The notes under the pieces were generated by a model. The model was not told the origin of the DNA. It saw only the letters and a program-made list of their open reading frames with translations, and ran no database searches. 64,000 bases of DNA from an uncultured Acidobacteriota bacterium (lineage in GTDB: Bacteria; Acidobacteriota; Vicinamibacteria; Fen-336), in the NCBI GenBank assembly GCA_963720545.1, contig OY970399.1, forward strand, positions 1,248,001 through 1,312,000. Direction: 5' to 3'. Made by a program: the position numbers and the translations under genes. This document shows positions 20,483 through 30,518 of this stretch, one piece after another; position 1 is the stretch's first letter, and every line of letters starts with the position of its first letter.

Positions 20483-21805
20483 TCATCCTTCCCTGCTTCG
20501 GTACTTCCCCATCGCCTTCGTCCCGTAGTCGGCCTCCGCCAGGTACGCGTTGTGCGTCCGGCACATCAGTCGAATGTTGTCGATCGAGTTGGCACCGCCC
20601 ATCGCGAACGGATGCCGGTGGTGAAACTCGAGTTGCTCTCGCGCGCGGCACCGCACGCCGTTACGGTTGACGAACCGGCACTGGCCGCCATCCCGCGCAT
20701 GCACAGCCCGCCGCACAGCCGCAGGAATGTGCCGCGACCGCTGTGGCCCATCCACACTCACCGCTGCGAAATGTGGCTGTGGCGGCCGACCGCCATCGTG
20801 TCGTGCCGGACTCATCACTGTCTGGGCGGTCGGCTTCCGCCTGCTCGTACCGAAGCGCCGCGCCTCGATGCGCTGCAGCTTCTCGCTCACCGCCGCATCG
20901 ATGATCGACGCCAGATCGATGCCCGGCATAAGCGCTTGAATCCGTTCCAGCTTGGCTCGCAACCCTTCGTCGGCGGTGAACTGCACCTTGAAGCGTCCCG
21001 GCGACAGCGCCTGCACCGAAGCAGAACGAGCATTGAACGAGCGCGCCTCGTCCCGAGTGGGTGAAGCAGCGTCCGTGCCTTCACCAGCGACCGCCAACGG
21101 AGCGCTTGCGGCCGCGGAATCAGCCCCGTGGGCGGCGATTGCCGCTGAGCGCGCAGCATCGGATTGAGTCTTGTTGGGACCGGTTGCACCAACGCCCATG
21201 CCACGAACTCCGCCTGGACACAGTTCGTCTGAGTCGTCCACCCTCGTTGTCATCGTCATGAACGGCAGAGCGCCGAGCATCGAGGCGCCGTCGCCATTCG
21301 CGTCCTCCAGATAGCCGCTTCCGATGTCGCGCGCTGCGGTCGCCGCTGCACGCAGCGCAGGCGCCGGGAGCCTGCGAACCGTGGGCAGCACGTCCGGCTG
21401 GGGTGCGATCTCGGCGACCAGCGCCGCCAACTGCCCCTTCGACCGGTTCGACGCGCGCTGCAGCAGCCACACTGCGTTCTGCTTGTTCAGATGAGGAGCA
21501 AGCTTCGCGACAGCAGTGAGATGCAGGCGACCATTGGCCAGCATCTCGAGAATTGCCGGATACCGGCGCGACGCACGCGCCGCGCGAATCCGCAGGAATG
21601 CCTCTGCTTCCGACAGATGCAACACGTCGCGGCACCAAGCAAACATCGACGGCGCTGACTCGCGGGCATAGAGCTTGCGCTTGTCCATCTCGGCAATGAG
21701 GGCCACCAAGTCGGACAAGTGGCTACGCGCTGCGGTGTTGAGGTCGATGAGCCGGCGCAACAGTTCGTCGTCCGGAAGAAGTTGAAGAAGAGACGCGCTC
21801 GCCAT
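20483..21805 (-). CDS. DUF222/REP13E12-like protein with C-terminal HNH endonuclease domain (possibly selfish or mobile)
   Basis: N-terminal LPDDELLRRL...YARESAPSMFAWC...LSEAEAFLRIRAAR; C-terminal RHIPAAVRRAVHARDGGQC...C...LEFHH..PFAMGG.NSIDNIRLMCRTHN. Confidence 0.8.
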   Translation of the reverse strand: MASASLLQLLPDDELLRRLIDLNTAARSHLSDLVALIAEMDKRKLYARESAPSMFAWCRDVLHLSEAEAFLRIRAARASRRYPAILEMLANGRLHLTAVAKLAPHLNKQNAVWLLQRASNRSKGQLAALVAEIAPQPDVLPTVRRLPAPALRAAATAARDIGSGYLEDANGDGASMLGALPFMTMTTRVDDSDELCPGGVRGMGVGATGPNKTQSDAARSAAIAAHGADSAAASAPLAVAGEGTDAASPTRDEARSFNARSASVQALSPGRFKVQFTADEGLRAKLERIQALMPGIDLASIIDAAVSEKLQRIEARRFGTSRRKPTAQTVMSPARHDGGRPPQPHFAAVSVDGPQRSRHIPAAVRRAVHARDGGQCRFVNRNGVRCRAREQLEFHHRHPFAMGGANSIDNIRLMCRTHNAYLAEADYGTKAMGKYRSREG

Positions 21806-22007
21806 ACAAGAAGATACGTCGCGCGGCGGTCATGGCAGGTCCATTTGCGATCTCGAATCGCACCATCTAAGAACCAACTGCGTCCGGACGCAGTCCACCA
21901 GTTCTGACGAACAACGGCATCAATCGTGATGGACGCGGTGGCCGCCTGCGGCGACGACGCGTTCTTCGCGCCAGCGCGAGCGTTGGAAGCGCTCAGAACT
22001 TCAAGAG

Positions 22008-22604
22008 TCAGCGTTTCTGGAAGACCGAGGCGTACAAGCCCTGCTGGCCGGTCCAGTTCTGGGCAGTGTCGACGAGGTCGAATCCCGACGCCAGCATGTC
22101 CGCCTGCAACTCGGCCGCCGACGGCTTGAAGTCGACGATCAGCACGCGCCCGCCCTTCCGCACCGCGGCGCTCAGGCTGCCGCGCATGACGCTCGAGTTC
22201 TGGAACGAGCTGTAGACGATGCGCAGCAGGGCCGCGTCGCAGCAGCCTGGCGGCAAGCCCATGTCGTCCTGGCTGCCCTTCACGACAATGACGTTGCGCA
22301 ACCCGCCATGCCCCACCAGCACGCGCAGCCCGGCCACCAGCTCGCGCCGCACTTCGGTCGCGTAGACGCGGCCCGATGCGCCCACAGCGCGCGCGAGGCC
22401 GATGGTCCACAAGCCACTGCCTGCGCCGACGTCGGCAACCACGGCGCCGTCCTGCACGCCGAGCCGGTCGAGGATGCGCGACAACTCGGCGCGCTCGGAC
22501 AGCGAAAGCCCCTGCTGCGCACGAGCGGGTGCCGCCGCAACGAGCGCCACGCCAGCTGCCAGCGCAAGCACGACCGCCGCGCGCAGGAAGCCGCTACGAA
22601 ACAT
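22008..22604 (-). CDS. Class I SAM-dependent methyltransferase with signal-peptide-like N-terminus
   Basis: VVADVGAGSG motif I, GRVYATEV, KGGRVLIVDF. Confidence 0.85.
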   Translation of the reverse strand: MFRSGFLRAAVVLALAAGVALVAAAPARAQQGLSLSERAELSRILDRLGVQDGAVVADVGAGSGLWTIGLARAVGASGRVYATEVRRELVAGLRVLVGHGGLRNVIVVKGSQDDMGLPPGCCDAALLRIVYSSFQNSSVMRGSLSAAVRKGGRVLIVDFKPSAAELQADMLASGFDLVDTAQNWTGQQGLYASVFQKR

Positions 22605-23259
22605 CCTTCAAGCGCGCCTTCACGCTCGGCGACACCTCCGTACCCCCTGCCAGCTGAGGATCGGAGATCGGCGCCGACATCGCGAGCCGGATGGGCACGA
22701 CGCCGGCCCACACCGGCAGCGCGTAGTCTTCCTTCTCGTCGATGGGATCGCCCTTGCGTATCTTCGCCGACACTTCCTCGAGCGGCAGCGACAGCACCGA
22801 CGTCGCCTTCAACTCCAGGGCCGAGGGTTCGCGCGCCTCGTCCCAGCGCCCCTTCAGCATGTGCTCGCTGAACGCGAGCAACGCGTCCCACTTCTCCTTC
22901 GGGTCCGTGACGAGCCGCGCCTCGCCCAGCATCACCACCGAGCGGTAATTCATCGACGAGTTGTAGACCGAGCGTGCCAGCACCAGGCCGTCGAGGATGG
23001 TTACGGTGACGCATACCGGGATGCCGCCCTGGACCGCGCGCAGCATGCGGCTCGCCGCTGACCCATGGATCATCACGGTGTCGTCGATGCGCGCGAAGCC
23101 CGTAGGGATGACGTATGGCTGGCCCTCGATGTTGAAGCCCACGTGGCAGATGAGCGCCTCGTCGAGGATCGGGTAGACCTCGGCACGGTCGAACTTGCCG
23201 CGCTCGGGATGGCGCTTCAAGGTGGTCCGTCCGGTCCTGTCGAAGAGATCGGTGCTCAT
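22594..23259 (-). CDS. Pyridoxamine 5'-phosphate oxidase-like FMN-binding protein (NimA-like)
   Basis: ILDEALICHVGF, IHGSAASRM, DGLVLARS..NSSMNYRSVV, SAKIRKG, WAGVVP. Confidence 0.9.
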   Translation of the reverse strand: MSTDLFDRTGRTTLKRHPERGKFDRAEVYPILDEALICHVGFNIEGQPYVIPTGFARIDDTVMIHGSAASRMLRAVQGGIPVCVTVTILDGLVLARSVYNSSMNYRSVVMLGEARLVTDPKEKWDALLAFSEHMLKGRWDEAREPSALELKATSVLSLPLEEVSAKIRKGDPIDEKEDYALPVWAGVVPIRLAMSAPISDPQLAGGTEVSPSVKARLKDVS

Positions 23260-23412
23260 TCAAGCCTCCGCCTGGTGCGTGCGGCCCCATCTTCGCAAGG
23301 ATCCGCGGCAGCCGCCAAGGTCCATTGCCACAAACGCGCGGGGAGCCACTGCCCGACCGCCTCGGCCTGGCCCAGGAGGGCCTCGCGCTGCTGCAAGCTG
23401 GCGGCGCGCGTC

Positions 23413-24348
23413 CTAGCTGCCTGCTCTCCCCATCGCTTCGCGAATGGCGTCGGCGACCGCCGCCTGCGTCGGTGCGTTCACGAACTGCCTGATCACGATG
23501 CCGCGCCCATCGACCACGAAAATCGTCGGAAAGACACTCACCGATCCGTACGCCTCCTGCATGGCTTCGCTCAGGTGCGCCTGCCGATAGGTCGCGCCGA
23601 CCTTGGCGCGATATGCGCTGCGCACCGAGTCGTCGTACGGCAGCTCGAGGACGCGGTCGGCGTTCACGCCGACCACCTGCAGGCCCTGCGCGCCGAACTC
23701 CTTGTCGAGCGCCACGACGATCGGCGAGGTGCGCAGGCACGGCGGGCAATTGGTGAACCAGAAATAGAGCAGCTGCGGCTTGCCGGCGAGCGCTGCCGAT
23801 GACAGCTTCGCGCCGTCCCACGATTCGATCTCGAACGCGGGCGCCTCCCGCCCCTCGAAGCCGGTGATGGTTCGCTCCAGGCTCTTGCCGAACTGCGGGC
23901 TCGCAAGGATCGCCTCGACGTCGACGCGCCTGATCTCGCCGCTCGCCACATCGCGCTCGAGGAACTTCGGCAGGCGCGGATCGCTCTCCATGATGCGCAG
24001 CATCAATTCGGTCTCGCCGGGAATCTCGAAATGAAACTGCTCGCCAACCTCCTTCAGGCTCGGCGGCTTGCCCGCGGCCTTCTGGTACTGCGCCGCATAG
24101 AGGGGGATCTTGAAGAACGTGTTGAACAAACGGTTGAGGGCGGCGCGCTGCGGAGCCGAGGTGAAGACGTTGTTGTATAGGTCGGAGACGACGACCGGTT
24201 TCCCCGCCACGACGTGCGCCTGCAGATACGCGACCACCTCCGCCTCCGCGGAGCGCGCGGGCGGCGCTGCGGCCGCACTTGCCTGGGCGAGGGCCGGCAG
24301 GGCGAAGCTAACGACAAAGCTGAGGGCGAAGGAGGGCAGGACGCGCAT
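23413..24348 (-). CDS. TlpA/redoxin family thiol-disulfide oxidoreductase with extra N-terminal domain
   Basis: Signal peptide; APAF, GKPQLLYFWFTNCPPC, VFPTIFVVDGRG. Confidence 0.8.
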   Translation of the reverse strand: MRVLPSFALSFVVSFALPALAQASAAAAPPARSAEAEVVAYLQAHVVAGKPVVVSDLYNNVFTSAPQRAALNRLFNTFFKIPLYAAQYQKAAGKPPSLKEVGEQFHFEIPGETELMLRIMESDPRLPKFLERDVASGEIRRVDVEAILASPQFGKSLERTITGFEGREAPAFEIESWDGAKLSSAALAGKPQLLYFWFTNCPPCLRTSPIVVALDKEFGAQGLQVVGVNADRVLELPYDDSVRSAYRAKVGATYRQAHLSEAMQEAYGSVSVFPTIFVVDGRGIVIRQFVNAPTQAAVADAIREAMGRAGS

Positions 24349-24380
24349 ATCTCCATCGTAAACGTAAACTGTGGGCACTC

Positions 24381-25313
24381 GTGGGCGACAAGCCGCAGTA
24401 CCTCATCGACACCGACACGGCCTCCGATGATGCGGTCGCACTCATCATCGCGCTGCGCGAGAACGCCATCGAAGTTCGTGCCATCACCGTCGTGTGCGGC
24501 AACGTGCCGCTGCCGATGGGCGTGCAGAACGCCCTCTACGTCGTCGAACTCTGCGGCAGTGTCGTGCCGGTGTATGCGGGCGCCGCGCAGCCGCTGCGGC
24601 GGCCGCTGGAGACGGCGCAGTTTGTGCACGGGCAGGACGGCATGGGCGACATCGGCCTGCCGCTTAGCGGCCGCCGGCCCGCGGCAGAGAACGCCGTCGA
24701 CGCCATCCTGCGCGTGAGCCGCGAGGCCGCCGGCGCGCTGCACCTCGTCACGCTGGGGCCGCTCACCAACATCGCGCTGGCGCTCGAGGAAGACCGCAGC
24801 CTCGCGGAGCGCGTGGCGAGCTGCGTGATCATGGGCGGCGCCAGCGACTCGGTGGGCAACGTGACGCCTGTCTCCGAATACAACCTCTGGGTCGATCCCG
24901 ACGCCGCGGCGATCGTGTTCGATTCGGGCATGCCGCTGACGATGGTCGGCTGGGACGTCTCGCGCAAGTACGCCGTCATCGCTCCCGACGAGGCGGCCGA
25001 CCTTCGCGCGATCGGCACCCCCGCGGCTCATGTCGCGGTCGACATACAGCGTCACGTCGACCAGCATGCGCGCCGCACCGGCCTTGCCGGCTTCGACCTG
25101 CCCGATCCCATCGCCATGGCGGTCGCCCTGTACCCCGAGGTCGCCACCGCCATCGAGCGCCACCGCGTCGAGATCGAGACCGGCGACGGCCTGTGCCGCG
25201 GCCAGTCGATCGTCGACCATTACTCGGTCCTCGGGCGCCCGGCGAACGCGGATGTCGTGGTGGAGGCATCGCACGACGCGTTCGTGCGCCGCCTGCGCCA
25301 GGCGCTTCAATGA
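24381..25313 (+). CDS. Nucleoside hydrolase (inosine-uridine preferring family)
   Basis: IDTDTASDD, VHGQDGMGD, LGPLTNIA, SEYNLWVDPDAA, PDPIA. Confidence 0.9.
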   Translation: MGDKPQYLIDTDTASDDAVALIIALRENAIEVRAITVVCGNVPLPMGVQNALYVVELCGSVVPVYAGAAQPLRRPLETAQFVHGQDGMGDIGLPLSGRRPAAENAVDAILRVSREAAGALHLVTLGPLTNIALALEEDRSLAERVASCVIMGGASDSVGNVTPVSEYNLWVDPDAAAIVFDSGMPLTMVGWDVSRKYAVIAPDEAADLRAIGTPAAHVAVDIQRHVDQHARRTGLAGFDLPDPIAMAVALYPEVATAIERHRVEIETGDGLCRGQSIVDHYSVLGRPANADVVVEASHDAFVRRLRQALQ

Positions 25314-25329
25314 CGATGACGCGGCGGAG

Positions 25330-26232
25330 ATGATCATCGTCGCCGGCAGCCTGAACGTGGACTACGTGGTCCGCGTGCCGCGGCAGCCGCTGCCGGGCGA
25401 GACGCTGCTGGGCGGCGACTACGCTCGTTACACCGGCGGCAAGGGCGCCAATCAGGCGGTGGCCGCGGCGCGCGCCGGCGGCGCCGGCACGGTGCGGATG
25501 GCGGGCTGTGTTGGCAGCGACGACGACGGCGCCGCGCTGCGGCGCGCGCTCGAACAGGACGGCATCGACGCGACGGCGGTGCGCCAGGTCGCCGGGCCGT
25601 CGGGAGCAGCATTCATCACCGTCGACGATGCCGGCCAGAACGCGATCGTGGTGGCGCCGGGGGCGAACGGCCGCTTCGAACCGTCGCATCTCGAAGGACC
25701 TTCGTTCGCGGGAACCCGCGTGGTGGTGCTGCAGCTCGAGGTGCCGCAAGCAACCGTGCTCGCGGCAGCAAGACTCGGCCGCGGCAGCGGCGCCGCCGTA
25801 GTACTGAACGCCGCGCCCATGCGCGAGCTGACGGCGAACGACCTCGCCGATGTCTCGGTGCTGGTCGTGAACGAGCACGAAGCGGGGCTGATCGCCGGTC
25901 GTCCCGCGCCGCGCACCGCCGACGAAGCGCAGGCCGCAGCGGCGCTATTAAGAGAGCGCGTGGGCACTGTCGTCATCACTCTTGGCGAACACGGCGCCGT
26001 GTGGTGCGACGACGACCTCGCATTTCACACTCCGGCTTTTCCGGTTCGCGCGGTGGACACCACCGGCGCGGGCGACGCCTTCGTCGGCGCGCTCGCGGTC
26101 GCGATTGCCGAAAATCGCCCCGCCCGGGAAGCGATGCGCTTCGCCTGCGCCGCGGGCGCGCTGGCCGCCACGAAGCCGGGCGCCCAAAGCTCGATGCCGA
26201 CCCGCGCCGAACTGCAGGCGCTGCTCGGCTAG
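25330..26232 (+). CDS. rbsK: Ribokinase
   Basis: GSLNVD, GGKGANQAVAAAR, LQLE, VNEHE, DTTGAGDAF; follows the nucleoside hydrolase. Confidence 0.88.
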   Translation: MIIVAGSLNVDYVVRVPRQPLPGETLLGGDYARYTGGKGANQAVAAARAGGAGTVRMAGCVGSDDDGAALRRALEQDGIDATAVRQVAGPSGAAFITVDDAGQNAIVVAPGANGRFEPSHLEGPSFAGTRVVVLQLEVPQATVLAAARLGRGSGAAVVLNAAPMRELTANDLADVSVLVVNEHEAGLIAGRPAPRTADEAQAAAALLRERVGTVVITLGEHGAVWCDDDLAFHTPAFPVRAVDTTGAGDAFVGALAVAIAENRPAREAMRFACAAGALAATKPGAQSSMPTRAELQALLG

Positions 26233-27269
26233 GCGTGGACGCAGGCCCTGCGCGTCACTCCGCAGATGCGCGGCCCTCGGCCCGACCGGACCACCGGACC
26301 CGACGACACCGCGTCTTCCACCAGCGTTCCCAGCGCATCGATGAACGCCGGATGCGTGCCCACCGCCGGCACCCTTATATATAGGGGGACCAAAGCCTCG
26401 TCGGCCACCTTGCGAAAGTCCATGTCGAGTTCGACGAGCGTCTCCGAGTGCTCGGAGACGAATGCGATGGGAACGACGACGAGCGCAACGCCGTCACGGC
26501 CGGCGCGCCGGACTTCTTCATCGGTGTAGGGCTTCACCCACGCCACCGGCCCGACACGCGACTGGAAGCAGAGCACCCATTCGTCGCTGCCCAGCGACAA
26601 GCGGGTAGCGAGCGCCGCGGCGGTCGCGCGCGCGTGCTCGAGATACGGATCGCCGGACTTTTCGACGATCCGCTCCGGCAGGCCATGAGCCGAGAACAGG
26701 ACGCGCACGGGGCGCCCATGGCGGCGTGCCGCCTCGATACCGGCCTGCGTGAGCGCCGCCAGCCCCTCGATGAACCCGGGCGCATCGGGATAACAGCACA
26801 CAGTTGAAGTGGGAGCCGTGAGGCCGGCGGCGCGCGCCGCACGGTGCCAGTCTTCGAGCGACGACGCGGTGGTCGTGGTCGAGAACTGCGGGTAGAGCGG
26901 CAGCAGCACGATACGCTCGGCGCCGAACGCCTTCACCTCGGCCGCGACCGCGTCGCTCATGGGATGCCACGCGCGCATGCAGGGAAAGACCGCCACCTCG
27001 CCCAGCCCCGCAAGCCGCAGCGCCAGCGCCTGCGATTGGGCCACGGTGTTCGGCAGCAGCGGCGACCGTCCGCCGAGCCGCTCGTAGATCTCCCGCGCTA
27101 CCGGTCCACGCCGCCGCGCGATGAGCCGCGCCACCCACCGCCGCAGCGGATTCGGCAGCCCGATGATCGCGCGGTCGCTGAACAGGTTGTAGAGGAACGG
27201 CTCGACCGCCTCCAGCCTGTCGGGCCCGCCGAGGTTGAACAGTACGACAGCGAGTCGTGAGCGTACCAA
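26229..27269 (-). CDS. hemH: Ferrochelatase
   Basis: NLGGP, GGRSPL, LLPLYPQFSTTTT, FSAHGLP, FQSRVGP..W.KP, FVSEHSETLVELD. Confidence 0.95.
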   Translation of the reverse strand: MVRSRLAVVLFNLGGPDRLEAVEPFLYNLFSDRAIIGLPNPLRRWVARLIARRRGPVAREIYERLGGRSPLLPNTVAQSQALALRLAGLGEVAVFPCMRAWHPMSDAVAAEVKAFGAERIVLLPLYPQFSTTTTASSLEDWHRAARAAGLTAPTSTVCCYPDAPGFIEGLAALTQAGIEAARRHGRPVRVLFSAHGLPERIVEKSGDPYLEHARATAAALATRLSLGSDEWVLCFQSRVGPVAWVKPYTDEEVRRAGRDGVALVVVPIAFVSEHSETLVELDMDFRKVADEALVPLYIRVPAVGTHPAFIDALGTLVEDAVSSGPVVRSGRGPRICGVTRRACVHA

Positions 27270-27291
27270 ATCCGGTTCCTTGCGGCGAGGT

Positions 27292-30200
27292 TCAGTCCAG
27301 GATGTCGAGTATCAGGGTACAACCCTGCGGCTCGCCGCAGTTGAGCCACCCGGAACGGACGATCTTCGTGGTTGTCGGCAGTCCGGCGAACGGCACGCGG
27401 GTGTCGGCGACCTGCCGCGCCACGTCGGGTGGCAGCTGCGCCGAATCGCGGCCACTGAGCGTGGTTTCGACGACTCCTTGACGGTTGACCAGCATCACCA
27501 GCCTGTAAGTCGCCTTGGCGGCGCCGCCGGTTTTCGCAATGGTCAGTGTGCGCTGGTCATAGAGCGCCTTCTGCCCGGTCGCCAGCAGCGACTCGCGAGC
27601 GCTCGCGTCGGGCACCTTCTTTGCCAACTGTCGGCGGGCGTCGTCTCCGTTCTTGCCGAGGGCGGCCAACTCGGCCAGCATCGCCAGGGCGGCTGCGGAT
27701 TGTTTCTCGGTCTCGTCCAGGATGGCGATTGCGCCGCCGTACCAATGATGAAACGTCAGGTTCCAGGCCGCCTCAAGGAACGTCCGGGCTTGCGCCAGTT
27801 CGTGGCGCTTCATGGCGTTCGTGCCGAGGAAGTGCCAGGTGGTGCCGAGCGCCCTAACCCAGGCGACGCCGTCCTCGAACATCTCATCGGGCGTCGCGCC
27901 GGCGAGCCACTTCTCGAAAGTGGCGGACGCCTTCTCGAGCGACGCGGTGGCGCCGCTCCAGTCTTCGAGCGTCGTGTACACCTTGCCCACATCGAGTGCC
28001 GTCCAGGGCGTGCCGCTCAGCTCGAGAGCACGGGCGCAGGCGTCGCTGGCTGGCGCCTTGTCCCCGGCCCACGCCGCGTTGCGGGCGAGGCCCAGCCATG
28101 CGCCCACGTCCTTCGCATCGAGCGTCGCCTGCTGCTTGTAGAGCGCCGCGGCATCGGCGTAGCGATCCTGGCTCTCGCGCCGCGAGGCCAGGCGGCCATA
28201 GCTCCAGTCCTCGAATGGGGCAACCTCGATCTGTTTCAGCAACGCCTGTTCGGCTTCGTCGTCCCGGCCCAGCTCGAACAGCTGGTAGGCGCGCTCCGCA
28301 TAGGCGTACTCGTGGTACGGCGCCAACGCGATGGCCTTGTCGAGCGCCGCCAGCCCATCCTGGTAACGATTCAGGCCGCGCAGCGCGAGCGCCAGTTCGT
28401 ACCACGCGGCTTCATGTGCCGGGTCGCGAACGGTGGCGGCACGGAACAGTTTCTCCGCCGCCGCGTTGTCCTTGTCATTCCAGCGGGCTTTTCCCAAGGC
28501 AACGAGGTCGTCAGCCGATGCCTCGGCGCCAAGCGCGAGAGCAGACGCTGCGATGGCAAACGTCTGTTTTCCGTCGGCTACGACGGCGCGCTGGAACGCC
28601 TCGTAAGCTCCCTGCTCCGCAACCGGAATCTTGCGCTGTTTAATCGTCAGGGAGCGCTCCAGCCGCAGCCGCCCGTCCTTGATCTCGTACTTCGAGGAGT
28701 AGCTCGCAAAGGGCCGGTCGAGGTTTACAGAAAGGGGCGCCTCCCCTCCCAAGCCCGCGGGAAGCAAGATCTCGAAGCAAACCGACGTCTGCAACGCGTC
28801 GTGCCACTCGACCGCAACGCCGTCCTTCGGTTTCCTGGCCACGTCGGGCAGGGTGATAGCCGCCGCCGGCGGGTAGAACTTCCAGGGTTTGCTCCAAGCT
28901 GCCCCGTCGCCCTCCCTGGTGTCGGCGTAGGCGACATCGACCGCGTATTGAAAGGAGAGAGGAGTCGCGACCGCCAGCGTATCGCTCACTTGCACAGCCG
29001 AGCGCTTCGCCGACGATCCCCACTCCGGCCCCAGGCTTTTTGCGATCTCGGACCATTTCTCCCGCGGCGAGACGCGCAGGGCGACGCGCAGCATCGGCTC
29101 TTCGTCGGCGCGAAGGGTTGTCTTGACGGTGGCCTTGATGGTGCCCGCAGCGCTGAGCGTCGCTTCGGTTGCGGTTTCGACAAATGAAGGGTACGGCAAC
29201 TCCATTGGCGTGCGCACGACAGACACCAGGGAATCGGCCGCCATGAGGACGCGCTTGTCGCGCCACTGCCAGGGCAGGAATCCGGCAGGCGCGACATCGA
29301 TCGTCGGATCCACCCAGAGCCAATCGGCCGGCGCGGGCCCCAACACCACTGCAGCGATGACGTGGTCGAACTGCCCCGTCGAAGGCACGTCGTCCAACAG
29401 GTCCTTGCGACTACTGTGTATCAGGGCAGGACGGATCTCAATGCCGGCGGCGCGGCCCATTGCGATGAGCAGCGCAACCTTGTCCTTGCAGTCGCCGTAG
29501 CGCGAGGTGAGAACCTCGTCGGGCTGGTGTGGCCGCAGGTGCCCCATGCCAAACGCAACGTTGAGGTAGCGGACCTGGCTCGCGACGAATTGCGTGAGTG
29601 CTACGGCCTTCTCGCGATTGCCCGACTTGCCGGCCATGAGGCGCGCCACCTCAGTGCGCACGGCGTCGCTCGGCACGAACGCGGGAGCTGCGAGAGTTCG
29701 CCACCAGGTGCCAACCTCCTCCCACGAGGCGAAGTTCGAGAACTCCACGTCGGGCACAGGTCCATCCTGAGCGCTGTCGTCCTTCCCGTCACCCGCTTCA
29801 TCGTCGGCGACGCCCTGATCGGCGCGCACAGCGAGCTTGCGCACGTTGCGGCCGGCGGGGGCCGGCACGTCCTGCCATGCCGCCTTCAACTGCGGATCGA
29901 CGCGAACGCGTACGGCGGCGGCAGCCGGCAGGTCCAGCTCGTAAGACTGCGACACGGCCAGCGAACGGGGGAAGAACGAGGTCCAGCCGGCAATCTTGCC
30001 CGGAAAGACCGGTTTGGCGGTCGAGGTGACCTGATAGCTCAACGTGTCGCCGGGTTCGACGCCCGGGACGGTCATCCGCTTGAGGCGCAGGTCCGCGACG
30101 ACGCCAACCCCCGCTGTGCCATAAGGATTCAGGTCTTCCACCAGGGGCTTCGAGACAGTCACTTTCCTGCCGTCCGGCTTCTCGAGGGTGACTTCGGCAA

Positions 30201-30462
30201 ATTCGACGGTGACGTAGTCGGCCACGTACGGGTAGGCCACTTGCCCGAATTGCGTCACCCCCGTGGAATCGAAGATCTTGATTCGAGCGCGGATGCGCCG
30301 TTCCGTGAAGCCGTCAGCTTCGACCCGATCGCGGATTTCAGCGGATTCGACGCGTGCCGACAGCGTCCCGGTTTCGGCAACTGACCCGGCCGCGGGCTGG
30401 GGGCCTGGCGATGGCTGCGCCTGGATCAGGGCTGCAAGGAGGAGGCCTGAGACGACGAACAC
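27292..30462 (-). CDS. DUF3857/transglutaminase-like protein with TPR repeats
   Basis: PGVEPGD, VRYLNVAFG, YGDCKDK, FDHVI, WVDPT (Cys-His-Asp triad), then TPRs; GTG start at 30462. Confidence 0.85.
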   Translation of the reverse strand: MFVVSGLLLAALIQAQPSPGPQPAAGSVAETGTLSARVESAEIRDRVEADGFTERRIRARIKIFDSTGVTQFGQVAYPYVADYVTVEFAEVTLEKPDGRKVTVSKPLVEDLNPYGTAGVGVVADLRLKRMTVPGVEPGDTLSYQVTSTAKPVFPGKIAGWTSFFPRSLAVSQSYELDLPAAAAVRVRVDPQLKAAWQDVPAPAGRNVRKLAVRADQGVADDEAGDGKDDSAQDGPVPDVEFSNFASWEEVGTWWRTLAAPAFVPSDAVRTEVARLMAGKSGNREKAVALTQFVASQVRYLNVAFGMGHLRPHQPDEVLTSRYGDCKDKVALLIAMGRAAGIEIRPALIHSSRKDLLDDVPSTGQFDHVIAAVVLGPAPADWLWVDPTIDVAPAGFLPWQWRDKRVLMAADSLVSVVRTPMELPYPSFVETATEATLSAAGTIKATVKTTLRADEEPMLRVALRVSPREKWSEIAKSLGPEWGSSAKRSAVQVSDTLAVATPLSFQYAVDVAYADTREGDGAAWSKPWKFYPPAAAITLPDVARKPKDGVAVEWHDALQTSVCFEILLPAGLGGEAPLSVNLDRPFASYSSKYEIKDGRLRLERSLTIKQRKIPVAEQGAYEAFQRAVVADGKQTFAIAASALALGAEASADDLVALGKARWNDKDNAAAEKLFRAATVRDPAHEAAWYELALALRGLNRYQDGLAALDKAIALAPYHEYAYAERAYQLFELGRDDEAEQALLKQIEVAPFEDWSYGRLASRRESQDRYADAAALYKQQATLDAKDVGAWLGLARNAAWAGDKAPASDACARALELSGTPWTALDVGKVYTTLEDWSGATASLEKASATFEKWLAGATPDEMFEDGVAWVRALGTTWHFLGTNAMKRHELAQARTFLEAAWNLTFHHWYGGAIAILDETEKQSAAALAMLAELAALGKNGDDARRQLAKKVPDASARESLLATGQKALYDQRTLTIAKTGGAAKATYRLVMLVNRQGVVETTLSGRDSAQLPPDVARQVADTRVPFAGLPTTTKIVRSGWLNCGEPQGCTLILDILD

Positions 30463-30518
30463 GCCCGGATTATACGGCGCACCGCGGCGCGACTTTAGGT
30501 GGGTAGAATCCGCGCCCA

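Noticed and set aside
20351..20500. CRISPR array interpretation of the TCCGT repeats
   Set aside because: Units are about 5 bp with irregular spacing, there are no unique 30-40 bp spacers, and no cas genes are present.
23260..23412. Cobalamin riboswitch-like GAGCCACTG in the intergenic region
   Set aside because: Wrong strand for the downstream gene and no other B12-box elements. The TGGNNC-like repeats on the minus strand might be a MocR-type site but are too weak to call.
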